A DNA stretch of 64,000 nt, taken from an uncultured Candidatus Rokubacteria bacterium (GTDB lineage Bacteria; Methylomirabilota; Methylomirabilia; Rokubacteriales; CSP1-6). Below the pieces are notes generated by a model that searched no databases, had not been told where the DNA came from, and saw only the letters and a list, made by a program, of their open reading frames with translations. How positions within the stretch are numbered: position 1 is the stretch's first letter; each line of letters starts with the position of its first letter. This document shows, one piece after another, positions 1-9,881 of the stretch. Location: contig CAWBMV010000006.1 of assembly GCA_963789955.1 (NCBI GenBank), positions 352,001-416,000 of the forward strand. Reading direction: 5' to 3'. Both the position numbers and the translations under genes were made by a program.

Positions 1-2
1 GG

Positions 3-719
3 CAGCCCACGCGGCCGGTCGAGGTGGGGCGCTGGTGGCTCCCGGGTACGCGCGACGGCGACCCCGAGCCGCCGCCGGTCCGGCATCCGAAATTCGACGC
101 CGGCTTTCGCGCGCACAACACGAACGTCTACCCGCGCCGGCCCGACCGCGCGTGGATCGGCTACATCGACGGCGGCGCGATCGTGCTGGACATCTCGGAC
201 ATGGCGCGGCCGCGTCTCCTGAGCCGGTGGGACTACCACCCGCCGTACCCGGGCTTCACGCACACGTTGCTGCCGCTCTTCGACCCTCAGCTCGTGATCG
301 TCTCCGACGAGGCGACCGCCGAAGCGGGCAAGGACTGGCCGAAGCTCGTGTGGGTCGTCGACATCCGTGACGAGACGAATCCGGTGCCGCTCTCGACCTT
401 CCCGATCCCGGCGGTGGCCGAGTTCGGAGGGCGAGGCGGACGATACGGCGCCCACAACCTGCACGAGAACCGGCCCGTGGCGAGCAATCTGGTGTCGGAG
501 AAGCTGATCTTCGGCACCTACTTCAACGGCGGCGTACGCGTCCACGACGTGTCGGACCCGTTCCGGCCCGAGGAGGTCGCCTACTACGTGCCCGAAGCGC
601 CGCGCGGCTCGCGCGCGGGCGCCGTGCAGATCAACGACGTGCTGGTCGACGAGCGCCGCGTCGTCTACGCCGTCGATCGCCTGATCGGCGGACTCTACAC
701 GCTCGAGCTCCAGGTCTAG
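3..719 (+). CDS. LVIVD-repeat beta-propeller protein, 5' truncated by window edge
   Basis: Frame open from position 3. Repeated IVLDISD/VVDIRD/VHDVSDP strands; His motifs AHNT, HTLLP, GAHNLHEN. Confidence 0.75.
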   Translation, partial: QPTRPVEVGRWWLPGTRDGDPEPPPVRHPKFDAGFRAHNTNVYPRRPDRAWIGYIDGGAIVLDISDMARPRLLSRWDYHPPYPGFTHTLLPLFDPQLVIVSDEATAEAGKDWPKLVWVVDIRDETNPVPLSTFPIPAVAEFGGRGGRYGAHNLHENRPVASNLVSEKLIFGTYFNGGVRVHDVSDPFRPEEVAYYVPEAPRGSRAGAVQINDVLVDERRVVYAVDRLIGGLYTLELQV

Positions 720-723
720 GCGG

Positions 724-758
724 TGCTGAAAAGGACCCGAGCCGGGTCCTTTTCAGCA
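724..758. terminator. Probable bidirectional terminator
   Basis: Perfect 16-bp inverted repeat TGCTGAAAAGGACCCG-agc-CGGGTCCTTTTCAGCA between convergent genes, with A/T runs in both arms. Confidence 0.75.
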
Positions 759-772
759 TCCTTATGAAGCGC

Positions 773-1417
773 CTAGGCGGCAGACGCCGGACGGATCGCG
801 CCGGTTTCGCGCAGGCGCTGGTCCACGGCGGTCCAGTCGATATTCTTGAAGAACGCTTCGACGTACTTCGCGCGCTCCGAAGCCTTGTAGTCACGCATGA
901 ACGCGTGCTCCCACACGTCCATGACCAAGATAGGCTTCCAGCGCGCCGGGATCCCGTCTTGATGGAGGCTGATCCACTGGTTGATCAAGCGGCCGTTGAC
1001 CGGATCCTCGTAGAGGATCACCCAGCCGATGCCGCGCATGCCGCCGATGGCCTGGAAGTTCTCCTGCCAGTGATCGACTGATCCGTAGCTCTCGGTGAGC
1101 GCTCGGCCGAGGCCCTGCCGGTCCGTGGGACGGGCTTCGCCGCCCGGCTTCAAGTTCGAGAAGTAGAGCTCGTGCAGGACCATGCCGTCGTACTCGTACG
1201 CGAGCCGACGAGTTCCCTCCGCGAGGCTGAAGTCTTGTCCTGTCTCGCCGCGCTCGGCCCGCATCTCGGAGAGCTCCTGCACCAGCGAGTTCACTTGCTT
1301 GACGTAACCGGCATAGAGATCGAGGTGCTCGGTGACCTGCGCGTCCGAGAGCCCGGTGAGCCCTCGCAGATGATCGAAGGATTTTGCGGTGTACACAGTG
1401 CGGCCGTCTTTCTTCAT
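773..1417 (-). CDS. Fe/Mn superoxide dismutase family protein
   Basis: EHLDLYAGYV, MVLHELYFSNL, GIGWVIL and the DVWEHAF signature. Confidence 0.9.
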   Translation of the reverse strand: MKKDGRTVYTAKSFDHLRGLTGLSDAQVTEHLDLYAGYVKQVNSLVQELSEMRAERGETGQDFSLAEGTRRLAYEYDGMVLHELYFSNLKPGGEARPTDRQGLGRALTESYGSVDHWQENFQAIGGMRGIGWVILYEDPVNGRLINQWISLHQDGIPARWKPILVMDVWEHAFMRDYKASERAKYVEAFFKNIDWTAVDQRLRETGAIRPASAA

Positions 1418-1448
1418 CGTCTCTCAGAACCTCCTGCGCCCGGAATCC

Positions 1449-1464
1449 TGGAAGATCCGTGCCA
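1449..1464 (-). promoter_or_regulatory. Possible sigma54 promoter for SOD (imperfect -12)
   Basis: Minus strand TGGCACGGATCTTCCA; consensus -24, -12 reads TTCC instead of TTGC. Confidence 0.4.
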
Positions 1465-1486
1465 GCCGGACCGAGCGCAGACGCAC

Positions 1487-1502
1487 GGGCACGACCCATG
1501 CA
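1487..1502 (+). promoter_or_regulatory. Possible sigma54 promoter for DUF1328 gene
   Basis: GGGCACGACCCATGCA fits GG-N10-GC. Confidence 0.5.
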
Positions 1503-1576
1503 GCACGATGACGGTGCGCCAACGGAGTTGTCGTGGCCAGCTGGAGTGAACGGATCGCAGACGGAGGGAGATCGCG

Positions 1577-1744
1577 ATGATCTACTACGCGCTTGTCTTC
1601 TTGGTCGTGGGGCTCGTGGCCGGTGCGCTCGGATTGTTCGGCATTGCCGCGCTTGCCGGGCAAATTTCGTGGATCCTGTTCCTGATCGGCATCGTCCTGC
1701 TCGTCATCCATCTCGCGAGCGGGCGCAGAGTGCCGATACGGTGA
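1577..1744 (+). CDS. DUF1328 (YtjA-like) small membrane protein, 55 aa, absent from ORF track
   Basis: MIYYALVFLVVGLVAGALGLFGIAALAGQISWILFLIGIVLLVIHLASGRRVPIR; SD GGAGGGAG. Confidence 0.85.
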   Translation: MIYYALVFLVVGLVAGALGLFGIAALAGQISWILFLIGIVLLVIHLASGRRVPIR

Positions 1745-1866
1745 CGGGCGGGACCCTGTAGTTCTTTCCCGGTCGGCTTCACGGAGCGTGTAACAAGTAC
1801 ACGAGGCGCGGCGTCGCGAGGGCGGCGGCGAGAGTGTCGCCGCCGCCCTTTCGCGGACCGATCGAG

Positions 1867-2874
1867 CTACTTCTTGCCGAGCTCGGCGACCGCCCGGTCG
1901 CGATAGGTGAAGTTGAAGAGGCGAGTGGGCGGCATGAGGTCCTTGTACTTGAGGTAGCCGTACTCCAGGCTCAAACGCTGCATCGACTCCAGCACCGCGA
2001 GGTCCATCTCGAGGTTGGCATCGAGCACGTGGGCCCGCGCGCGCCGGATCACGTCGGCCTTGGCGCCGGTGTACTTCACCATCAGGTCGATGTTCCGCTC
2101 CTGCTTCCAGCCGTTGTCCAGCGCGAGGTCACGCGCGGCCTTGAGATAGGCGACCATGACCTTGTGCGCCAGATCCGGATTCTTCGCCGCCCAGTCCTTG
2201 TTCCAGAAGATCGCCGTGATCGGCGTGGCCTTCGCGCCGGCCGGGCGGGGCAGCGGCCGGAGCGCAACGCCGCGCTCCTCCGCCAAGGTCGGGAACGGCT
2301 CGGTGAGAATCGCCGCTTCGATCGCGCCGGACTCGAGCGCCGGCACCATATCGGGGAACGGCATGATCTTGATCTGCACGTCCTTCAAGCCGAGCCCGTC
2401 CCGCTTGAGTGCCTGGTCGAGCATCCATTCGACCGCCGCGCCCCGAACGTTCAGCGCCACCGGCTTGCCCTTCAGATCGCCGATGCGCTTGATCTCCTTC
2501 TCCCACGACGCCTTGCGTACGGTGAAGTAGTCCTCGATGTAGCCCGAGTGCAGGGGGGCCACGAACTCCACGGGCAGAGACGCCGCCACCGCATTGAAGC
2601 CGGCCGCGCCCATCCCGGTGCCGCCCACGTTGAGCTGGCCGGTCGCGACCTGCGAGAGAATCTCGCTCCCGCCGCTCAGGCGAACGATGTCGGCGGTGAT
2701 GTCGGCGGCCGGCAGGTGCCGGTCGGCCATGATGTACAGCGCCGCGAACGAGTCGGAAGGAATGTAGCCGACCTTGACGATAGGCTTCGTCTGCGGCGAC
2801 ACCGGCGTCGCGACGACGAGACCTGCCAGGGCGACCAGGGTCAACCAGACTCGCGGTTTATGCGTCACACTCAT
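1867..2874 (-). CDS. ABC substrate-binding protein, NMT1/SsuA type
   Basis: Signal peptide; VKVGYIP, DLKGKPVA, MPFPDMVPALESGAIEAA, EPF. Confidence 0.85.
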   Translation of the reverse strand: MSVTHKPRVWLTLVALAGLVVATPVSPQTKPIVKVGYIPSDSFAALYIMADRHLPAADITADIVRLSGGSEILSQVATGQLNVGGTGMGAAGFNAVAASLPVEFVAPLHSGYIEDYFTVRKASWEKEIKRIGDLKGKPVALNVRGAAVEWMLDQALKRDGLGLKDVQIKIMPFPDMVPALESGAIEAAILTEPFPTLAEERGVALRPLPRPAGAKATPITAIFWNKDWAAKNPDLAHKVMVAYLKAARDLALDNGWKQERNIDLMVKYTGAKADVIRRARAHVLDANLEMDLAVLESMQRLSLEYGYLKYKDLMPPTRLFNFTYRDRAVAELGKK

Positions 2875-2916
2875 GGACGCCTCCGTGTGATCGGTCGAAT
2901 TTCGGGGCGGTGACGC

Positions 2917-3147
2917 TCAGCCGAGCGACTTGACGAGCCGGGCGATTTCGCCGGGCTTCGGCGCGCGCCCCGCCTGGCGTCGTGAGAACACCGTGCGGCC
3001 GTCGACGAGCACGGTCAGCTCGCGGAGGCCGCCCCAGCTGATCTTCGCGGCGACCTGGAGCGTCGTCCGGAGCTCGTTGCGGAGGCGTACCGCCTCCCGT
3101 CTCAGATCCAATCAGATGCCGCAGCGCTTGATCTCGATGTTCAACAT
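2917..3147 (-). CDS. Rdx/SelW-family protein, candidate selenoprotein (CxxU, TGA at 3112-3114)
   Basis: MLNIEIKRCGI-TGA-LDLRREAVRL...GGLRELTVLVDGRTVFSRRQAGRAPKPGEI; SECIS-like hairpin at 3081-3097. Confidence 0.8.
3081..3097 (-). promoter_or_regulatory. Bacterial SECIS-like hairpin
   Basis: GGAGGCG-GUA-CGCCUCC; loop starts with GU, 21 nt after the UGA. Confidence 0.7.
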
Positions 3148-3211
3148 GCGCGGTTTTAGAACACATCGCGGACGAAGGCAAGCGCAAGGATATAATCCCC
3201 GGCGCCGTCCG

Positions 3212-4024
3212 ATGCCCACGCGCGAACCCAAAGTCCTCGTGAACGAGGTCAGCGTGACCTTCGAGAGCCGCGGGCGCTCGGTCGTGGCGCTCGATCGGAT
3301 CTCGCTCCAGGCTCACGCCGGCGAGTTCCTCTGCATCGTCGGACCGAGCGGCAGCGGCAAATCGACCCTGCTCCGGGTGCTGGCCGGTCTGCATCGCCAG
3401 AGCGCCGGCGAGGTCCGCATCGAGGCCGACCACCCGGGAACACCGCTCACCGCGATGGTCTTCCAGGAGCACGCGCTGCTTCCGTGGCGTACCGTCCGCG
3501 ACAACGTCACCTTCGGTCTCGAGAACCGCGGCGTCGCGCGCGCCGAGCGAGAGGCGCGGGCGCGCGAGATGCTGGCGATGGTCGGGCTCACGCGCTTCGC
3601 TCAGCACTACCCGCATCAGCTCTCGGGCGGCATGAAGCAGCGCGTGGGCATCGCGCGCGCCCTCGCCAACGACCCGGAAGTGCTCTTGATGGACGAGCCG
3701 CTCGCGGCGCTCGACGCTCAGACCCGAACCATCATGCAGGAGGAGCTGCTGCGGATCTGGGCGACCCTCGGAAAGACCGTCGTCTACGTGACCCACTCGC
3801 TCGAGGAGGCGCTGCTCCTGGGCGACCGCATCGTGCTCCTCACCGCGCGGCCCGGGCGGGTGAGCCAGGTCTACCCCGTCGATCTCGGCCGGCCGCGAGG
3901 GCTCGAAGTGCGCGGCTCGCCTGCGTACGGGGCGCTGCTCGAGACGATCTGGTCGCGGCTCCGCGAGGAAGTCGTCCGGGCGATGGCGGAGGACCGCGGC
4001 CCTGAATCCGAGCCGGCTCGGCGC
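3212..4024 (+). CDS. ABC ATP-binding protein (TauB/SsuB type); reads in frame into the permease
   Basis: GPSGSGKST, LSGGMKQR, LLMDEP, YVTH; TATAAT at 3191-3196. Confidence 0.85.
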
Positions 4025-4804
4025 ATGACGAGGCGAGGGCGCTGGGTCGCCGAGCACTGGATGGCGATCGCCTCGCCGATCGCGCTTTTGGCCCTGTGGG
4101 AGTGGGCGAGCGCCACGGGGCTCCTGCGCGAGGTCTTCTTCCCGCGACCGTCCACGATCGCCGTCCACCTCCGCGACCTCGCCGCCGACGGCACGCTGTG
4201 GGGCCATCTCGCGACGACCTTGGCTCGAATCGGCTGGTCGTTCTCACTGGCGGCGGTGCTCGGCGTCGCGATCGGCCTGGCGATGGGGCTCTGGCGGCGG
4301 CTTCGCGAGGGTCTCGATCCCGTCTTCGCGGTGATCTATCCGATCCCGAGCGTCCTGTTCCTGCCGCTCGTGAGCTTTCTGGTCCCGCCCGGCGAGGTCG
4401 CGCTGGTGGTGACGACGGCGGTGACGTCGTTCTTCCTGATCGCGTTCACCACGACGCACGGCGTGCGGCAGATCGACCCGCGCGTGGTCGAGGCGGCGCT
4501 CCACTATGGCGCCCGGGGCTGGCGGCTCTTCGCCACGGTGCTCCTGCCGGGGGCGTTGCCGTTCATCTTCACCGGGCTCCGCCTCGGCCTCGGATTCTCG
4601 CTGATCGTCGTCGTGGCCGTGGAGATCGTGGCCGCCAGCCGCGGGCTCGGCGCGCTCCTCTGGCTCTCCTGGCAGATCCTCAAGGTCGAGGACATGTACG
4701 CGACGTTCTTCGTCATCGCGCTGCTCGGCGCGCTCCTGTCCTACGGTCTGGCGGCGCTTCGCGCGCGGCTCCTGCCCTGGGTGCCCGACGTGGGGGATCG
4801 CTAG
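4025..4804 (+). CDS. ABC permease (SsuC type)
   Basis: FFPRPS, PIPSV, EAALHYGA EAA motif, VAVEIVAASRGLG. Confidence 0.85.
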   Translation: MTRRGRWVAEHWMAIASPIALLALWEWASATGLLREVFFPRPSTIAVHLRDLAADGTLWGHLATTLARIGWSFSLAAVLGVAIGLAMGLWRRLREGLDPVFAVIYPIPSVLFLPLVSFLVPPGEVALVVTTAVTSFFLIAFTTTHGVRQIDPRVVEAALHYGARGWRLFATVLLPGALPFIFTGLRLGLGFSLIVVVAVEIVAASRGLGALLWLSWQILKVEDMYATFFVIALLGALLSYGLAALRARLLPWVPDVGDR

Positions 4805-5546
4805 ATGGGCATCGCGGTGCCCGCGGCCGCTCTCGCCCTGTGGGAGCTCTGCGCGAGGCTCGCGATCATCTCGCCGCGGTACTTCCCTCCGCCCACCACG
4901 GTGGCATGGACCCTGGTCGATCGACTGGTCGCCGGGGACCTCGGCACGGATCTGCTGGTCACGTTGACGCGGCTCGCCGTCGCCTTCGCGCTGGCCGCTG
5001 TCCCCGCGGTCCCCCTCGGACTTCTCATGGGCATGGCGCGACCGGTGCGCGACCTCGTCGAGCCCTACATCGCGTTCATCTGTGCCCGTCCCGAAGATCG
5101 CCTTGCTCCCGTTCCTGATGATCATCCTCGGTGTCGGCGAGCCCGCCTTCGTCCTGACGGGCGCGAGCTCGGCCTTCTTCCAGATCGTCATCAGCACCCT
5201 CGCCGGCGTGCAGACGATGGACCCGCGCCTGATCGAGGTCGGGCGCAACTACGGCGCGCACGGCACACGTCTCTTCTGGAAGGTGATCCTTCCGGCCGCG
5301 CTCCCGGCGATCTTCACCGGTCTCAGGCTCGGCCTCGGCCTGTCGCTCGTCACGCTCGTCGCCGTCGAGTTCGTCGCCGCGAAGTCAGGCCTCGGCCATC
5401 TCGTCTATCGCCACTGGCAAATGCTGAGCACTCCGGAGATGTACGCGGCCTTCGCGCTCGTCGGCGCGCTCGGCCTGGTGCTCACGCGCGGGCTCCGCGT
5501 GCTTCAGGCGCGCGTGCTGAGCTGGCAGGAAGACATCGGGGTCTAG
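4805..5546 (+). CDS. Second ABC permease, frameshift near 5082
   Basis: YFPPPT N-half; PVPKIALLP...EVGRNYGA...AVEFVAAKSGLG C-half in another frame. Confidence 0.8.
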
Positions 5547-5563
5547 GCTCGCGCGCGCGATGC

Positions 5564-6151
5564 TCAGAGAAGCGTGCACGCCTCGTCGAACTCCAGCCGC
5601 GGCAGCTTCGCCATGACCTTCGACGGGTCGCCGTGGCCGACGTTGCACAGAAAGTTCGACTTGATCCGGCCGTCCGGGAAGAACTCGGCGTCGACCTTGG
5701 CGTTGTCGAACCCGGACATGCCCCCGACGTCGAGCCCGATCGCGCGCGCGGCGAGCATGAAGTAGGCGCCCTGGAGCGTGCCGTTGCGGAACGCGACGGT
5801 CTCGGCCAGCTTCGCGTTCGCCTCGTACGGGTTCTTCATCTCGGGGCGGTGAGGGAAGAGCTTCGGGAGCAGCTCGAAGAACCGCGTGTCGTAGCCGATG
5901 ATCGCGGTGACCGGCGCGGCTTTCGTCTTGTCCACGTTGCCGGGAGACAGCGCCGGGATCAAACGCGCCTTCGCCTCCGGGGTCCGGACGAAGAGGACTC
6001 GCGCCGGACACGAGTTGGCGCTCGTCGGGCCCGACCGCATGATCTGGTAGATCGCCCGCAGCTGGTCGTCGGTGACCGGCGTCGGGAGCCAGCCGTTCTG
6101 CGTCCGGGCGTTGAGAAACAAGAGGTCGAGGGACTTCTCGTCGAGCGTCAC
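5564..6151 (-). CDS. rutE: Malonic semialdehyde reductase / RutE-family nitroreductase
   Basis: GTG start with SD; LFLNARTQNGW, GPTSANSCPAR, RNGTLQGAY, GGMSGFD, RLEFDEAC. Confidence 0.85.
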   Translation of the reverse strand: MTLDEKSLDLLFLNARTQNGWLPTPVTDDQLRAIYQIMRSGPTSANSCPARVLFVRTPEAKARLIPALSPGNVDKTKAAPVTAIIGYDTRFFELLPKLFPHRPEMKNPYEANAKLAETVAFRNGTLQGAYFMLAARAIGLDVGGMSGFDNAKVDAEFFPDGRIKSNFLCNVGHGDPSKVMAKLPRLEFDEACTLL

Positions 6152-8496
6152 GCAGCTCCTCCTGATCGTTGTCCGTTCTGCTTCGCGTCCTGGATGGCCT
6201 GCCATACGCGCTCGGGCGAGGCGGGCATGTCGAGCTGCCGCACGCCGACCGCGGCGAGCGCGTCGATCACCGCGTTCATGACCGCGGGCAGGGCGCCGAC
6301 CGTCCCGGCTTCGCCCGCGCCCTTGGCGCCCAGCGGATTCAGCTTCGTCGGCACCGGATTGCTCTCGATGTGCATGTCGGGGAACGTGTCGCCGCGCGGC
6401 ATCGCGTAGTCCATGAACGAGGCCGTCAGCAGCTGACCCGACTCGCGGTCGTAGACGACCTGCTCCATCAGCGCCTGGCCCACGCCCTGCGCCACGCCGC
6501 CGTGGATCTGGCCCTTGAGGGTCACCGGGTTGATGACGGTTCCGACGTCGTCGACGATCGCGTAGCTCACGATCGCGACGGCACCGGAATCGGGATCGAC
6601 TTCCACCTCGCAGACGTGGCAGCCGTTCGGCCACGTCGCCTGCTTGGGCGAGAAGGTGCCGGTCTCGTAGAGGCCGGGCTCGACGCCGGGCGGAAGCTGA
6701 TTCGGCTGGAAGGCCGCGCGCGCGACCTCCTTGAGCCCGACGGCGCGATCGGTCCCGACGACGCCGAACTGCCGTCGGCGAACGTGACGTCCGCTTCCGC
6801 GGCTTCCAGCAAGCGCGCCGCGATCTTCTTGCCCTTGGTGATGACCTTGTCGGCCGCCTGCCACAGCGCGGTGCCGCCGATGACGGTCGAGCGCGAGCCC
6901 ATCGTGCCCATGCCGAAGGCGACCCGGTCCGTATCGCCGTCCACGTACGAGCACGTCGGCCGGATCGAGGCCGAGCCGCTCGTTCAGGATTTGCTTGAAG
7001 GTGGTCTCGTGGCCCTGGCCCTGGTTCTTGGAGCCCATCAGGACCGTCGCGCTCCCGCTGGGCGCGAATCGGATCTCGGCGAACTCGGGCTGCGGCCCGG
7101 CCGCCTGCTCGATCGGGTTGACGATGGCCAGACCGCGCAGCTTGCCGCGCCGACGGGACTCGTCGCGGCGCCTCGCGAAGCCGGCGACATCGCCGAGCTT
7201 GAGCCCCTTTTCCATGTTCGTCGTGAAGTCGCCGGAGTCGTAGGTCGCGCCGAGCGGGTTCTTGTACGGCATCGCGGAGAGGGGAATCAGGTTCTTCCGG
7301 CGGAGCTCGACCGGATCGAGGCCGAGCTCGCGGGCGGTGTCGTCGATCAGCCGCTCGAGGACGTACGTCGCCTCCGGCCGGCCGGCGCCCCGATACGGCG
7401 CCGTCGAGTTCGTGTTGGTCATGACACTGGTCACGTGCACGTAGGCGGCGGCGAACTTGTAGACGCCGACCAGGGTGACCACGTTGCTGAACGTGGCGAG
7501 CAGATTCCGGTCCGAGGAGACATAGGCCCCGACGTTCGCGAGCGTATGCACGCGCAGGCCGAGGAAGCGACCCTCGGCGTCGAGCGCGATCTCGGCGTCG
7601 CTCACGTTGTCGCGCGCATGCTCGTCGGCCAGGATCGCCTCGCGGCGCTCGCACTGCCACCGGACCGGCCGGCCCAGCTTGCGCGCCGCCCAGAGGACCA
7701 GCTTGTGCTCGGGATACTGCCAGCCCTTGGTGCCGAAGGCGCCGCCGACGTCGCCCGCGACCACCCGGATCTTGTGCTCGGGAATCTTGAAGATGCTGCT
7801 CGCCAGCGCGTTCCGGACGCGATGCGGATACTGGACGTCGGCGTAGAGCGTGTACCGGTCGTCGTTCGGATCGTAGACACCGAGCGAGCCGCGCGGCTCC
7901 ATGAACTGGGCGTGCACCCGCGTGATCACGTAGCGACGGCGGACGATGCGATGAGCGTTCGCGAACGCCGCCTCGGTCGCCGCCTTGTCGCCCGACTCGA
8001 AGATGTTGCTGATATTGTCGGGACACTCGTCCCAGACGGGCGCGGCGCCGGGCTCGGTGGAATCCGCGGTGGCCGTCACCGACGGCAGGGGCTCGTAGTC
8101 GATCTGGACGAGATCCGCCGCATCCTCGGCCTGCGCCCGCGTCTCGGCCACGACCATCGCAACCGGGTCGCCGACGTAGCGCGCCCGATCGCGGCTCAGA
8201 CCGCGGTGCGGGCGGGCGAACATCGGGCCGCCGTCCGGGCGCTTGCGCTTCAAGGTCATGGACATCGTGCCCAGACCTTCGACGTCGGCGCCGGTGAACA
8301 CGGCCAGGACCCCGGGCGCTCGCAACGCGACCGCCGAATCGATCGCGCGGATCCGGGCGTGCGCGTGCACGGAGCGCAGGATCACGGCGTGCGCCTGACC
8401 CGGGACGTTGACGTCGTCGAGATAGCGGCCCTTGCCGCGCAAGAGCCGGACGTCCTCGACTCGCTTGATTCCCTGACCGATTCCAAACTCGCCCAT
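6148..8496 (-). CDS. Xanthine dehydrogenase/CoxL-like molybdopterin large subunit; two compensating frameshifts (~6950, ~6770)
   Basis: KRVEDVRLLRGKGRYLDD, VGGAFGTK, PYRGAGRPE, GQGHET, GQIHGGVAQGVG, GAKGAGEAG; GTMGSRS segment lies in the alternate frame. Confidence 0.9.
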   Translation of the reverse strand: MGEFGIGQGIKRVEDVRLLRGKGRYLDDVNVPGQAHAVILRSVHAHARIRAIDSAVALRAPGVLAVFTGADVEGLGTMSMTLKRKRPDGGPMFARPHRGLSRDRARYVGDPVAMVVAETRAQAEDAADLVQIDYEPLPSVTATADSTEPGAAPVWDECPDNISNIFESGDKAATEAAFANAHRIVRRRYVITRVHAQFMEPRGSLGVYDPNDDRYTLYADVQYPHRVRNALASSIFKIPEHKIRVVAGDVGGAFGTKGWQYPEHKLVLWAARKLGRPVRWQCERREAILADEHARDNVSDAEIALDAEGRFLGLRVHTLANVGAYVSSDRNLLATFSNVVTLVGVYKFAAAYVHVTSVMTNTNSTAPYRGAGRPEATYVLERLIDDTARELGLDPVELRRKNLIPLSAMPYKNPLGATYDSGDFTTNMEKGLKLGDVAGFARRRDESRRRGKLRGLAIVNPIEQAAGPQPEFAEIRFAPSGSATVLMGSKNQGQGHETTFKQILNERLGLDPADVLVRGRRYGPGRLRHGHDGLALDRHRRHRAVAGGRQGHHQGQEDRGALAGSRGSGRHVRRRQFGVVGTDRAVGLKEVARAAFQPNQLPPGVEPGLYETGTFSPKQATWPNGCHVCEVEVDPDSGAVAIVSYAIVDDVGTVINPVTLKGQIHGGVAQGVGQALMEQVVYDRESGQLLTASFMDYAMPRGDTFPDMHIESNPVPTKLNPLGAKGAGEAGTVGALPAVMNAVIDALAAVGVRQLDMPASPERVWQAIQDAKQNGQRSGGAA

Positions 8497-8515
8497 CAGC
8501 GCATCGCTCCTCTGT

Positions 8516-9724
8516 TCACGGGGGGAGCAGGCGGGCGCCGGGCGCCGCGAACTCCTTGGGCCACACCACGACCCACTTGCCGTCCTGCACCTGCTTCACC
8601 TTTGAAAGATCGTCACCGTAGTTGTTGGGGCCGTCGAAGCGGAAGCGGCCGACGATCGTCTGCACCTGATTCTTTCGGAGCCACTGGGCCAGCACCTTGT
8701 CATCGAGGCTCTTGGTGGCGGTGACCGCCGCTTCGAGCATCTGCCAGGCGGCATACGAGCCGGCCGCCTGCGTGTCGACGTTCGTGTAGGGCACCCCGGC
8801 CTTGGCCGCGCGCTCATGGTAGAGCGTCGCGAACTTGGCCGCCGCGGGATTGTTCGTGAACGGCGGATGCTCCTCGAAGAACGTGTTCGAGAGCGCGAGC
8901 TTGGCTTCCGGAGCCACCGCCATCGGGCCCGGGGCCGGGAACAGGTGATAGTGGCGGCGCGGCGTGTAGTCGAGACGCTTCAGCTCCTCCAGGACAAGGT
9001 TTCCATCGAGGCCGAGCGCGCCGACCCAGAGGAGGTCCGGATTGGCGTCCTTGATGCGGGCGGCGATGGGGCCGAAATCGCGCGTGCCGAATTCGTACTC
9101 GAGATAGAGCACGACCTTGAGCCCGTGCTGCGGCGCGACGTCGCGCGCGCCGGCGGACTGGAACTGCGCCGACGGGAACTTGCTGGTGACGATCGCAACC
9201 GTCTTCGGGGGCGTCGCGGTCGCGGCCACGGCATCGAAGACGATTCCGGGTACCGTCTTGTTGGGCTCGGGCCCGAACGGCGCCGCCGGGAACTGCATCT
9301 CGTACTTCGCGAGATGCGGCATGCCGAAGCTATGATGGATGAGCAGCTTCTGGTAACGCTGCGCCACCCCCATCGCGGCGATGATGCCTCCCGTCGCGTA
9401 GGGGCCCATCAGCAAGTCGACCTTGTCCACCGTGATGAGCTTCTCGTAGAGACTCCGCGTCACCTCGGGCTTGGACTGATCGTCGAGCAGGATCCACTCG
9501 ACGGGACGGCCGAGCAGACCGTTGTTGCGGTTCAACTCCTCGACGTAGATCTCGGCGGTGATCTTGTGCAGGAGCGCGGTCGCCGCGAGCGGGCCGGTGA
9601 GCGCCAGGGTGCCACCGATCTTGATCGGCGGGCCCGAGGGCGCCGCCACTGCCCCGAAGGCGAGCGCCATGAGGAGGATGACGGCGAGGAGGCTCGTGAG
9701 AGCCGAAGTCCTGTGCGAGAGCAT
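8516..9724 (-). CDS. Branched-chain amino acid-type ABC substrate-binding protein
   Basis: Signal peptide; PIKIGGTLALTG, NGLLGRPVE, DDQSKPE. Confidence 0.85.
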   Translation of the reverse strand: MLSHRTSALTSLLAVILLMALAFGAVAAPSGPPIKIGGTLALTGPLAATALLHKITAEIYVEELNRNNGLLGRPVEWILLDDQSKPEVTRSLYEKLITVDKVDLLMGPYATGGIIAAMGVAQRYQKLLIHHSFGMPHLAKYEMQFPAAPFGPEPNKTVPGIVFDAVAATATPPKTVAIVTSKFPSAQFQSAGARDVAPQHGLKVVLYLEYEFGTRDFGPIAARIKDANPDLLWVGALGLDGNLVLEELKRLDYTPRRHYHLFPAPGPMAVAPEAKLALSNTFFEEHPPFTNNPAAAKFATLYHERAAKAGVPYTNVDTQAAGSYAAWQMLEAAVTATKSLDDKVLAQWLRKNQVQTIVGRFRFDGPNNYGDDLSKVKQVQDGKWVVVWPKEFAAPGARLLPP

Positions 9725-9881
9725 CGTCTGCCTCCTCTGACAGCGGGGAGAGTCGCGCCGGATCAGTCGTCGTCGCGCCGATCGGGCGACGTCATACGTC
9801 GGCGGGCGATATGCGCGAGCGATCGCGGCGAGCCTAACCGGGCGGGGAGTCGTGAGTCAAGGGGCCGGGCCCCCGAACTGA

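Noticed and set aside
3212..4804. ABC ATPase-permease fusion
   Set aside because: The junction contains an ATGA overlap and a nearby out-of-frame TGA; given the indel rate it cannot be accepted without reads.
5564..8026. 820-aa ORF ending in RutE
   Set aside because: Shadow frame of the molybdoprotein; rutE has its own SD and GTG at 6151.
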